NCBI GenBank assembly: GCA_030740765.1 | Contig: JASLWR010000010.1 | Span: 7,819 to 71,818 of the forward strand | Length of the DNA stretch: 64,000 nt | Source of the DNA: Thermoplasmatota archaeon | GTDB taxonomy: Archaea > Thermoplasmatota > Penumbrarchaeia > JASLWR01 | Direction: 5' to 3' | In this document: positions 19,655 through 28,981 of the stretch, one piece after another | How the letters are laid out: each line of letters begins with the position of its first letter | How positions within the stretch are numbered: position 1 is the first letter of the stretch | Position numbers and translations under genes: made by a program | The notes under the pieces: model-generated | Database searches by the model: none | What the model was told of the DNA's origin: nothing | Seen by the model: the letters and a program-made list of their open reading frames with translations, nothing else

Positions 19655-21148
19655 ATGGCAGAAAAAGGACTTACATTAAAAAAATTGATTGAAAATAATT
19701 TCCAACCGGAAACCCCGTTGGATACTCTCGAAAAGACTATATCTACCCGATTGGAAAAGCACAAGAAAGAAGGTCGAAGTAAAGCCTTTACCTATCAGAG
19801 CTTCTTTCCGAACACCATTCTGGACACGAACGTCCAGAAGAAGATAGTAGCAGCCCTTTTATCGGGAAACCATATTCTTCTTTTCGGTCCGCCAGGTTCT
19901 GGCAAGACCAATCTTATCAAGGATATCATGGATCTACTTCCCCCGAAAATATATGCGGTGGAAGGATGTCCGGTCCATGACTCACCCTTCAGTATTGCTG
20001 ACCCGAAATTTTCACGCCTTGTCCCGCCTTGCCCGACATGCAAGGCTCGATTTGGGAAAGTTATGTTCGAGGAAACGGGAGATTTTGATCCAGGAAAGAT
20101 AGACCCAGGGAAGGTTCCGGTCCACCTTTTCCACATGAGAGAAGGTCATGGTTTTGCCCGAATTCAGGGCTCGCCCGAAGTCTTTCCCGATAACTTAACT
20201 GGCACCATTAACCTCCACCGCCTTGAAGAGATAGGCGATCCCACTTCCCCCCTGGTCATCCAGCCGGGTAAACTCCTCCAGGCCAACAGAGGCGTGCTTC
20301 TGATAGATGAGATAGGAAAATTACCCCATGGAACTCAGAACGTATTGCTCCAGGCGCTTCAGGAAGCTACGGTCACGCCTGCGAAATCGAGGGAAACCTT
20401 CCCTGCGTCATTCATCGCGGTCACCACCTCCAATCTCAATGATCTGGACGCTATAAACGAACCTTTGAACGACCGCTTGTCGAATATTTACGTAGGCTAC
20501 AACTCCGAGCACTATAAAAATCGAATGATAATCGATTTGCAACTGAAAAAGAAGGATAACCGATTATTCATACCCGATATTTTCATTGAAGCTGCAGTAT
20601 TTCTTGTAGAAGAATGGCGAAGAAAGGGTGGTGATATCTACGAGTTCATTGAGGTGGGTTCGAATCGTACAATGATCGATATCGTGACGCGAACGGTGGC
20701 TTACTCGATAATGGAAGGTCGTTCCTCGCTGTCCATAGACGCTTATACAAGGGGTGTGACTGATGCCATGATGGGTCGTATCCGGGCTCGCGGTGGAGAG
20801 TCCTTTTTCGAAAATAAGAGGTTGATCGAGGGATTCGTAAAAGAGAATACTAAGGTTTCGCTGGACAAGGCCGGGCGCAGATACTGGTGTGAATTTTTCA
20901 AAAAGAAGCTATCCTCAAACACACTCCAGGGTAAAAAGACGTTAAAAGAGATCGAAACTGTGGCAGCTAGCCCCAAAATCCTAAGCAAGGCGGTACAGAC
21001 CAGGGATGGATACGGCAGATTCCGCTCATTCTATGATTACGTGATCAAGAAAGAACGCTTCTCAGGTCCTTACAGGGGCAAAAAACTGTTTCGGAGCGTT
21101 TTCGATTTCATGAAAGCCATAGATGTTTTTCACTGCGAGGAAGAGTAA
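19655..21148 (+). CDS. AAA+ ATPase (ChlI/MoxR/RuvBL-like) with a Cys4 zinc-ribbon insertion between Walker A and Walker B
   Basis: Walker A LLFGPPGSGKTNL. ~150-aa insertion containing CPVHDSPF…CPTCKARFG. Walker B GVLLIDEIGKL. Helix-2-like QNVLLQALQE. Sensor-1 VTTSN. The segment LNDRLSNIYV resembles the RuvBL/ChlI C-terminal sensor region. Confidence 0.75.
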   Translation: MAEKGLTLKKLIENNFQPETPLDTLEKTISTRLEKHKKEGRSKAFTYQSFFPNTILDTNVQKKIVAALLSGNHILLFGPPGSGKTNLIKDIMDLLPPKIYAVEGCPVHDSPFSIADPKFSRLVPPCPTCKARFGKVMFEETGDFDPGKIDPGKVPVHLFHMREGHGFARIQGSPEVFPDNLTGTINLHRLEEIGDPTSPLVIQPGKLLQANRGVLLIDEIGKLPHGTQNVLLQALQEATVTPAKSRETFPASFIAVTTSNLNDLDAINEPLNDRLSNIYVGYNSEHYKNRMIIDLQLKKKDNRLFIPDIFIEAAVFLVEEWRRKGGDIYEFIEVGSNRTMIDIVTRTVAYSIMEGRSSLSIDAYTRGVTDAMMGRIRARGGESFFENKRLIEGFVKENTKVSLDKAGRRYWCEFFKKKLSSNTLQGKKTLKEIETVAASPKILSKAVQTRDGYGRFRSFYDYVIKKERFSGPYRGKKLFRSVFDFMKAIDVFHCEEE

Positions 21149-21198
21149 TTTTACTACGGAAAAACTTCTTCCCACTGTTGTGATCCGAAGGAGATAAA

Positions 21199-23052
21199 AT
21201 GTTCGAACTTCCGCGATGCGATGACCTGGATGAGGACTGGTTTCTCACCAACGACGAAAAGCGGGAGCTGATAATCGAGATGGCCACAAAGGGAACCGGG
21301 GCCATGGATGATTATCTGAAGCGAGTTGCCAAGGATAAAAATTCCACCGTGGCGAAGCGGATCCAGAAGATCCGATCCGATCTCGAGAAACAGTCCCAGG
21401 GTTTCAAGAAGCTCCTTACGGACCGTTATGACCGGAAAAGGAAGAACCTTAGCAATACATATAAAAGAATCCGCGAGCGGTCAAGGCGGGACGAATTCGA
21501 ATCCAGTCTGAGCGACTCGAAGATCGGGAATATGATATCCCTCGAGGATCTGGGCATTGAGGAAGACAGCCTGATAGATATTCTTCTTGATTTGGATAAA
21601 TACGGGCGGAAAGTGAGTCGCTTAGGCAGGTTATGGTTCAGGATCAAGGAAACTTTTGTTAAGATATTCGGTGCTGTATTTCGCTTCTTCGCATGGTTGT
21701 TGATAAAGCTGCACATACTTCACCCCGTGGAACCGGGGCACGACATGCCGCCGCCCTACCAGTTTATGCTCTCCTTCGGGGCCATGCGCTCGCCCTATGC
21801 CTCCGTGGAATCCAATCTTAACGAGGCGATATCGTCATCCCCAGACATGGCTCAGGTTATTAAGAACAAGATGGGCGGTGGAATGAAAGGGGCCCTGAAG
21901 GCGGCCTGGGAGAAGATGCTCAATCCCCGGAGATTCAAGAAAAGAGTGCAGCAAATGGTGGCTGACGAACTGAAAGATAAACTCAAGGAGACCCGTGAAG
22001 AAAGCAAAAAGAAAAAGGAAGAGTTCGAAAGGCTGCTGGAGGCGGAGCAGAAGAGGCAGGAGGAGATCCAGGAGGAAGAAAGCAAGAAGGTCAGGGAGCT
22101 GGACGATGACGAACGAGAAGAAATGAACCGCCAGTACCGGGAGATGAGCAAATCGCCTCTGAAGAAGATCAAGGAAGAGATCTCCGACGAGCTTGAAAAG
22201 ATGGGTCTTGTGGAAAAGGACGGAGACGAGATCGCCATCACGTCACGCCTCATCGACATATTTTCCGAGATAGTTTTCTCCATGGAGGTGAAGAACATTC
22301 CATCCCATTATGCTTCGAAATTCGGTGGGGGAGGCGTAAGTACCGGGATATACAACACAAGAAGGATGAGAAGCTTAAACGAGATGAGCCGGATGGATAT
22401 TGTTCGGTCCATGGTGGAATCCCGAATAAACAATCCGAAAAGCCACCACATTTACAATGAGAATATTTATATTTATGATGAGGAGAAGGGATCATGGCAG
22501 CACGTGGTGCTTGCATTCGACAAGAGCGGCTCCATGGCTGATAACAGGAAGATGGAAGCGGCGAAACGGGCAGTGCTTGCTTTGTACAAGGCTGTGAAGA
22601 ACTCCAACGTAAATAATGTAATCGATCTGGTTTCATTCGATACCTCGGTGAACGTCATGGACTTAATGGAAGTCTGGTCTTCCGAACCCAACGGTTTTAC
22701 AAATACAGGTGAGGCGTTAAAGGTTGCAGGGGAGCTTCTGCGGGATTCCAAGACCTCAAAAAAGAATATTTATCTGATAACTGACGGGCTGCCTGAAGCG
22801 TATACCGCCAATGGACGTGAATATGCTGGAGACTTCGAAAAGAGCATGGAATACGCTCTCACCTACGCAGAAGAGCTAAAGAAGATACCTACCCTGAAAT
22901 TCACTATTATTCTACTCGAGGTCAAGGATGAAAAATTCATCGATGCTGCAAAAAAGATCTCGAAAGTTCTCAATGGAAATATTATTCTCACTAATCCAAA
23001 AAAACTGGCCTCGGAACTGCTGATCCAGTATTCGAAGACCCGGATTGTTTGA
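21199..23052 (+). CDS. von Willebrand factor A (VWA/MIDAS) domain protein with a long charged coiled-coil N-terminal region
   Basis: C-terminal VWA with a MIDAS DxSxS motif (VVLAFDKSGSM) and downstream T/D MIDAS residues (…TNTGEAL…, …YLITDGLPEAY). A K/E-rich coiled-coil lies at about aa 250-330. It is 50 bp downstream of the AAA+ gene on the same strand. Confidence 0.75.
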   Translation: MFELPRCDDLDEDWFLTNDEKRELIIEMATKGTGAMDDYLKRVAKDKNSTVAKRIQKIRSDLEKQSQGFKKLLTDRYDRKRKNLSNTYKRIRERSRRDEFESSLSDSKIGNMISLEDLGIEEDSLIDILLDLDKYGRKVSRLGRLWFRIKETFVKIFGAVFRFFAWLLIKLHILHPVEPGHDMPPPYQFMLSFGAMRSPYASVESNLNEAISSSPDMAQVIKNKMGGGMKGALKAAWEKMLNPRRFKKRVQQMVADELKDKLKETREESKKKKEEFERLLEAEQKRQEEIQEEESKKVRELDDDEREEMNRQYREMSKSPLKKIKEEISDELEKMGLVEKDGDEIAITSRLIDIFSEIVFSMEVKNIPSHYASKFGGGGVSTGIYNTRRMRSLNEMSRMDIVRSMVESRINNPKSHHIYNENIYIYDEEKGSWQHVVLAFDKSGSMADNRKMEAAKRAVLALYKAVKNSNVNNVIDLVSFDTSVNVMDLMEVWSSEPNGFTNTGEALKVAGELLRDSKTSKKNIYLITDGLPEAYTANGREYAGDFEKSMEYALTYAEELKKIPTLKFTIILLEVKDEKFIDAAKKISKVLNGNIILTNPKKLASELLIQYSKTRIV

Positions 23053-23276
23053 TAGATTTTTATATTCACGGACGTTCGATCGAATCTTCCTTGTCTATAG
23101 TTCTATCTCAAGGTCTGAAAAAAGAAAGAGAAAACAAATTTGCCAACACAATACTTCCAAAGGAGCAATCAGATGGGAATAATTTTCAGTGACCATGATT
23201 GAATGTAAATGGAGAAATATTTCATAAGAATAATAATGTATAAACCCATTTCTTAAAAAGACCTTGGTGGCTAGAT

Positions 23277-23732
23277 ATGCAGTATCACATAACGTTTGGT
23301 CCGAAATGGAGAATAACTGGGACCCCTTTTTCCGGAGACGGCGCAATCGATATTGAGGGGAATACCGTTGTATTAGCAGGGGCATTCCATAAAAAATTTG
23401 GTTTAGTCAAGGTAATCCTTATTATTCTTTTGCTAAATCTTCTCATATTTTTCTTTCTAATATATGTTTTGTATTTTATCGAAATTCCATATGCTGGTAT
23501 CGCCATGATTCCGATTAATCATATCATCTTTTACAAACTTTATAAACACTATGTTATGAAAGTTGAATCACTTGTATTTCGGAAACCAGAGATTAGAAAA
23601 ATTTACCTGGAAGAAAAGAAGATAACTTTCATGGCTCCATCAAAAGACACTGGTAAATTGCTAAGTAGAAGTTTCTGGACGTTTTCGGAAGAAGATGCGA
23701 AATTGATCGAATTCCAACTTAAATCGAGATGA
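23277..23732 (+). CDS. Hypothetical small membrane protein (orphan ORF in an AT-rich island)
   Basis: 151 aa with one or two hydrophobic helices (VILIILLLNLLIFFFLIYVLYFIEI). No recognisable motif. AT-rich context, so coding status is uncertain. Confidence 0.3.
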   Translation: MQYHITFGPKWRITGTPFSGDGAIDIEGNTVVLAGAFHKKFGLVKVILIILLLNLLIFFFLIYVLYFIEIPYAGIAMIPINHIIFYKLYKHYVMKVESLVFRKPEIRKIYLEEKKITFMAPSKDTGKLLSRSFWTFSEEDAKLIEFQLKSR

Positions 23733-24289
23733 TACACTATTTCTGATGTATCAAGATATCGTTCTAAAGAATCTTCGAAATCCAGAGCAAGAAAGAAACC
23801 TAAATTGAACACAAAAAACCGGCTCCCCTACCCTCTAATAGAAGCAAGGGGAGTACCACCCCGGTAATTACGACAGACTCGCCGGAGTGAAGGCTGCGGG
23901 GGTGATTCCTAGCTGTTCAGCGGTTCTCAGTGTTTGGCTTTGGGGGGGCACGGGAGAGAGGGGAAGTAGAGAACGGGGTAACGATATGCACTTTATCGTG
24001 CTTCGATCCAATGATATATGATGAATGTTTCTGCACTAATATAGTGGAGACCAGAGCTTCGTAGTGCAGTTTACGAAGATCAATAAATATTTACGAAAAC
24101 GCAATGAACCTTCCAATGTTTAGGACGAAATCAGAGTAAGCGAATATCAAAAAAGTTTGAAATAGAACAATTCAAATCAACGAAGATTATTCCTTATCCA
24201 ACTTAGATGACCATTCAAATTTAAATATTATTGTTGATATTACACAGAAAAATGAGAAATAATATTAAATTCCGACTTGAGGAATAAAA

Positions 24290-26295
24290 ATGATAAGTCC
24301 ATTGAGTTTACCATTCAATTTAGACGATGTAATTAACCAAAGGAACGTAGAGAGTAACAGAATGGAATATAAATCATCTTGGACGAAACATATTAAAAAT
24401 GCCGTTATAAGAACAATTTGCGCTTTTGGAAACGATTTTCATAACTTAAATGGCGGATATATTATTCTAGGAATTATCGATAAACAAGGAAGACCAGTTT
24501 TACCACCTCAAGGTTTAGACAGATTTGATTTAGAGAAAATACAACAAGAAATACGCGTATCATGTAAAAGGATTATTCCCGAATATCAACCCATAATGTG
24601 GCCAACTGAATATCGAGAAAAGTCAATTTTAATAATTCAAGTTCCTGGTGGAGATACCAGGCCCTATAAAGCGCCATCAGAAGTAAATAAAAGAGGAAGC
24701 AAATACTTTTATTATATTCGTATAGGGGCCGAAACAATAAAAGCGAAAAATAATTTACAAACTCAATTGATGGAATTAGCTGCAAAAGTACCATTCGATG
24801 ATCGACAGAACTTAGAAACAATGATTGAAGATATATCCCCTATTTTAGTAAGACGATTCTTACGTAACATACAAAGTGAATTAATATATTGAAACGGAGA
24901 TAGTGATTTTATAGAATGGTATAAAAAACTACGAATAGTTAAAAAAGTTAATTCTCATTCGGTTCCACTGAACATAGGGTTATTGTTTTTTTGTGAAGAT
25001 CCAGATAGATTTTTCAAAGGTGCTAGAATTGAATTAGTACAATTCGGTGGTGATGCTGGAGGTGACTTAATAGAAGAAAGAACGTATAGGGGACCCTTGA
25101 ATCATCAAATAAAGGAAGTGCTTAACCATCTGGATAGTTTGGGGGGGCACTAATAAAGAAAATTGATAAACAAGCCGAAGTTGAACGAACGGTGCCATAT
25201 CCTTATGAAGCTATGGAAGAAGCAATTGTGAATGCAATTTATCATAGAGGTTATGATGGTCAACAAGAACCAAACAAAATTTATCTATATCCTGACAGAA
25301 TGGAAATCATTAGCTATCCGGGTCCAGTAGCAGGAATTGAAAAAAAGCATTTTGAGAAAGGGCAAACAATACCTCCAGTACCTGCTAGAAATAGAAGAGT
25401 TGGTGAGTTTCTAAAAGATTTAAAATTAGCAGAGGGAAGGGGTACTGGTATTCCAAAAATCCAAAGAAAAATGAAAGAAAATGGATCTCCAGAACCGATA
25501 TTCGATTTCGATGATATGAAAAATTACTTTAGGGTAATATTACCAGTTCATCCAAGATACGAAGTACTTAACGCTCTTAGAAAAGCTGAAAACCATTGGG
25601 CTGTTGGGGAGAAGAGAGATGCCATAAATCATTTGATGAAAGTTTATGATAATCAATCATCTTCAGGTGCATTAGCAAGTCAAGTTATAGAATATGCTTT
25701 TCATATGAGCGATGTTACATTAGCAAGAGACATATTTAATACTTTTATAAAGGAAAGCAAGAAAAGTGAAGAATCGCTACCATATTTAGCAATGGCAAGA
25801 AACTATATTACAAGGGGAGAATATGTAATAGGAATGAAAATATTGAAAGAAATACCAATATTTCCATCAATCAGTGATAAACTTGAAATTGCAATACTTA
25901 AAAAGAAGTCTCGTGATTTCAAAGGGGCGCACAAACTATTTTCGGAACTTTTCACACAGAATCCAGATGACCCAAAAATTATACACGAATTTGCTCAAAC
26001 AAAAATAAGACTGGCAAAAGAATATAGATGACATAGAGATTCTTCAATAAAAAAGAAGCTAAACAAGGAAGCATCAGAATTGTTAAGAAGAGCACTATCT
26101 TTGTCGAATGATAATATCAGAACTGCTTGGTGTTGGTTTGATCTAGCCACTACATTACAATTGTTGGACGAATCTTATGAAGGAATTGAAACCGCTTATT
26201 TAAATTCCATAGCTGTATTGCCAAACGAAAACCATTTCACTAAAAGTTATGAAAATTGGAAAAGAAACGTAAAACAAAAAAGGAAATACAAATGA
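24290..26295 (+). pseudogene. Disrupted Schlafen-like AlbA_2 + HATPase_c_4 (RecG-C-terminal-like) + TPR gene: two frameshifts and one in-frame TGA
   Basis: ORF 24290-24892 has the AlbA_2/Schlafen signature (E-x-K…W: ESNRMEYKSSW, then GGYIILGI…). Sequence 24893-25191 translates in another frame to a continuation (…WYKKLRIVKKVNSHSVPLNIGLLFFCEDPDRFFKGARIELVQFGG…), with a second frame break at a G7 homopolymer near 25140. ORF 25192-26031 carries the HATPase_c_4-like segment (AIVNAIYHRGYDG…RGTGIPKI) and TPR-like helices. A TGA at 26029 is in frame with the following TPR ORF 26080-26295. The locus has the lowest GC in the window. Confidence 0.7.
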
Positions 26296-26466
26296 TTTCT
26301 TGGCTTTCCTTTTATTTGGAATATTTGAATTTAAATATCTTCTAATAATATTTTCCTCATCATACTTGCAAACACCACCGTCGTAACTTTCACGTCATGA
26401 TCCGCCCGATGATGCCCAATAGAGCTGTACGTTGGAGACCGTTCCCGCATGGTACAAGGTCGTAAA

Positions 26467-27927
26467 TCATTCTTCGGTATCCTCTTCCTTTTCTTCTCCA
26501 TCTGCTCCGTCTTCCTCTAAATCCGCCTCCTCGATGATGAATTCCACGTCGTCGATGTCTTCAGCCTGACTGGAATCCTGATCATCAACTTTTTCATCCT
26601 GTTCCTCATCTGCCTCCACAGGTGTTTTGGGTGCCCCAATTTCGTCATTCTCCACTTCTTCCACATCCGCAGTCTCCTCATCGTCTTCTTCAACAGGTGA
26701 TTCTTCCGGGCTTTCAGGTGAAATTTCGCCTTCTTCCGTTTCTTCCTCCTCTTCTAAGTCTTCCTCGCTTATATCGAAGGCAAAACTGTCTTCCTCAAAA
26801 TCTACCCATTCCGTGAAGAATCCCTCTTCATCGCTGGCCCCGACGGCTTCGGAGCCCCATTCTTCTGCGGACGGGGGTGGAGGTGCGGGTGGTTCATCTT
26901 CCGCGGACGTTTCCGCTTCCCCTTCCCCATCATCTTCATACTCGATACCTTCTTCATCTTCCGGTTCTTCTTCCTCGTTTTCCGGTGGCGGCGGGTCGTA
27001 AGCAAAACTTTCTCCTTCCATGTCGACCCACTCGGTGAAGAATCCCTCCTCGTCGGTTGCCCCTACTTCGGTGTTCCAATCCTCCTCATCCTCTTCCGGC
27101 GGCGCGGGTGGCTCATCCTCTACCATAGAATCCTCATCTTCATACTCTATTCCATCCTCATCTTCCGGCTCGGCGTCCTCGTCTTCGGTCTGTGTGGGTT
27201 CCGGTGGAATATCTTCAGCGGCATCCGGTAGATCTTCGTACTCGGATATATCATCACCCTGCGACTTAATAATTTCAGTGCATTCGTTCAGATATTTCCT
27301 GGCTGTTGTATGATTATTATTCAATTGCAGCGCCTTGTGAAAACTCCTGGCGGCCTCATTTATAGTGCCCATGCTCTTCCTGGCCATGCCGAGGCTGAAC
27401 CAGTATTCGTCCGAATCCCCTTTGATATCTATAGCCTTCAGGTAACAGTCCTCCGCCTCATCCATCCGCCCGAATCCCGTTATAAGGACATTAGCCTTGT
27501 TGTACCACCCTGCATCGTTGGCTGGATCCAGTTCGGTCACCTTTTCGAAGGATTCGAGAGCCATTTCCCAGTCGTGCACTTTCATGCCCATCTTTCCCCG
27601 GCCGAGCCATCCTTCAGTATAAGCGGAATCTATCTTAATGGCCTTGTCGAACGAGCGGCGAGCTTCATCATTCCTGCCCACGGCAAGAAGTGCAATACCT
27701 TTGCTCTTCCAGATTCCCTTCTGGTTGAGATTGACCACCAGGGCCCTGTCATAGCATTTCATAGCCTCTTTCGGCTCTCCTTTTAGAAGAAATACCTCTC
27801 CCTTCAATTCCAGGGCTTCGATATCAATTCCTTCGCTGAGGATCTCCTCGATGATATCGATGGCATCATCATATTTTTCTGCGTCAAGAGCCTCTTTGGC
27901 ATCCTTCATAATTTGTTCTTTGTCCAA
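26467..27927 (-). CDS. TPR-repeat protein with a long acidic C-terminal tail containing an internal tandem duplication
   Basis: The N-terminal ~210 aa are TPR repeats (AMKCYDRALVVN…, GWLGRGK…, AGWYNKANVL…). The C-terminal ~270 aa are D/E-rich with two ~70-aa repeats (…PEDE.GIEYED…EDEPPAPP…DEEGFFTEWVD.E..SFA.D…). Confidence 0.7.
   Translation of the reverse strand: MDKEQIMKDAKEALDAEKYDDAIDIIEEILSEGIDIEALELKGEVFLLKGEPKEAMKCYDRALVVNLNQKGIWKSKGIALLAVGRNDEARRSFDKAIKIDSAYTEGWLGRGKMGMKVHDWEMALESFEKVTELDPANDAGWYNKANVLITGFGRMDEAEDCYLKAIDIKGDSDEYWFSLGMARKSMGTINEAARSFHKALQLNNNHTTARKYLNECTEIIKSQGDDISEYEDLPDAAEDIPPEPTQTEDEDAEPEDEDGIEYEDEDSMVEDEPPAPPEEDEEDWNTEVGATDEEGFFTEWVDMEGESFAYDPPPPENEEEEPEDEEGIEYEDDGEGEAETSAEDEPPAPPPPSAEEWGSEAVGASDEEGFFTEWVDFEEDSFAFDISEEDLEEEEETEEGEISPESPEESPVEEDDEETADVEEVENDEIGAPKTPVEADEEQDEKVDDQDSSQAEDIDDVEFIIEEADLEEDGADGEEKEEDTEE
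26790..27210. repeat. Internal ~210-bp tandem duplication within the acidic-tail coding region
   Basis: DNA blocks around 26800-26880 and 27010-27090 are near-identical (…catgtcgacccactcggtgaagaatccctc… versus …aaatctacccattccgtgaagaatccctc…). Confidence 0.6.
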
Positions 27928-28037
27928 AAGTATTCCCCGTTTATATTATAACGAATGTGATCAACCCTTATATTTCAGACGATATTTAGATGTTGTCTCA
28001 AATATTTCAGATAAATTGGAAAAGCAACAGTTGATCA

Positions 28038-28928
28038 TCAACTAATGGAATTTTGCTTCCGAAAATGATATTTCTGTATCACGATTCCAGAGATTATCAA
28101 CGCCAGACCGATTATGGTTGTTGTTAAAATCGTTTCACCGAGAATGAAATAAAGAAGAAAGAACGAAATGAAGGGTGAGAGATATATCAGATTCCCTACC
28201 TTCGCAGTGTTCTCTGCGAGTTGAAGCGCTTTGAGCCATAGGACGAAGGTAATACCCATCTCGAATGCCCCCACATAAGACACAGCCAATATACCGCTAA
28301 TACCTGGATCTGATCCAGAGGAGAATATAACCACTGCAAAAAAAGCGAATACGGATCCGAAAAGGAAGTTCAGAAATAATTTTGCTACAACATCTCTTTT
28401 ATCCTTCATGTTATATATCCAGAACAGGGCCCAGACCAGGGATGAACCCACTGCCAGACCGAATCCTAATGGATTGCCGAAACTGATGAACTGACCCCTT
28501 GTACCGATGATCAACGCTCCGATGAAACTTATGAACACGGCTATAATATCCCTTGTATTTATTTTCTGCTTCAGTATCGGGATGGACAGCAGCACAAGGG
28601 CCAGCGGCCAGACGTAATTGAGAGTCTGAGCCTCCTGCGCTAGCAGTATATCGTAAGCCTTGAATAGAATCACATAATACAGAAATGGGTTCAGAAAGCC
28701 AAGTGCAGCAGAACGAAAGTAAGCATTTCGAGAGTATCCGGAGAAAAGGTGTGTTTTCTTTTGAGCTAGGAGGATTAATAAAAGCACTATTGTTGAAACC
28801 ACCGAAGAATAGAACAACAGTTGGAGATGATCTACATGTCTTAGCGATATTTTGAATGCTGTTGCCACTGTGGACCAGAACAACACCGCTGTTATGGCGA
28901 AAATAGTTGCCCGGCTCTGTCCCTTCAT
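28038..28928 (-). CDS. EamA family (DMT superfamily) transporter
   Basis: 296 aa, 10 TM helices, with two EamA-like halves (…AITAVLFWSTVATAFKISL… and …LALIISGIVI…). Confidence 0.8.
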   Translation of the reverse strand: MKGQSRATIFAITAVLFWSTVATAFKISLRHVDHLQLLFYSSVVSTIVLLLILLAQKKTHLFSGYSRNAYFRSAALGFLNPFLYYVILFKAYDILLAQEAQTLNYVWPLALVLLSIPILKQKINTRDIIAVFISFIGALIIGTRGQFISFGNPLGFGLAVGSSLVWALFWIYNMKDKRDVVAKLFLNFLFGSVFAFFAVVIFSSGSDPGISGILAVSYVGAFEMGITFVLWLKALQLAENTAKVGNLIYLSPFISFFLLYFILGETILTTTIIGLALIISGIVIQKYHFRKQNSIS

Positions 28929-28981
28929 ATCCGTTGATTAGCTTTCGGGTATTATAAAACCACCGCGGCAATTATTTTAGG

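Noticed and set aside
26627-27001. Ser-rich 124-aa ORF on the plus strand (and a similar one at 27020-27313).
   Set aside because: Antisense of the GAA/GAG-rich polyacidic tail of the TPR gene (TCT/TCC codons), so it is not an independent gene.
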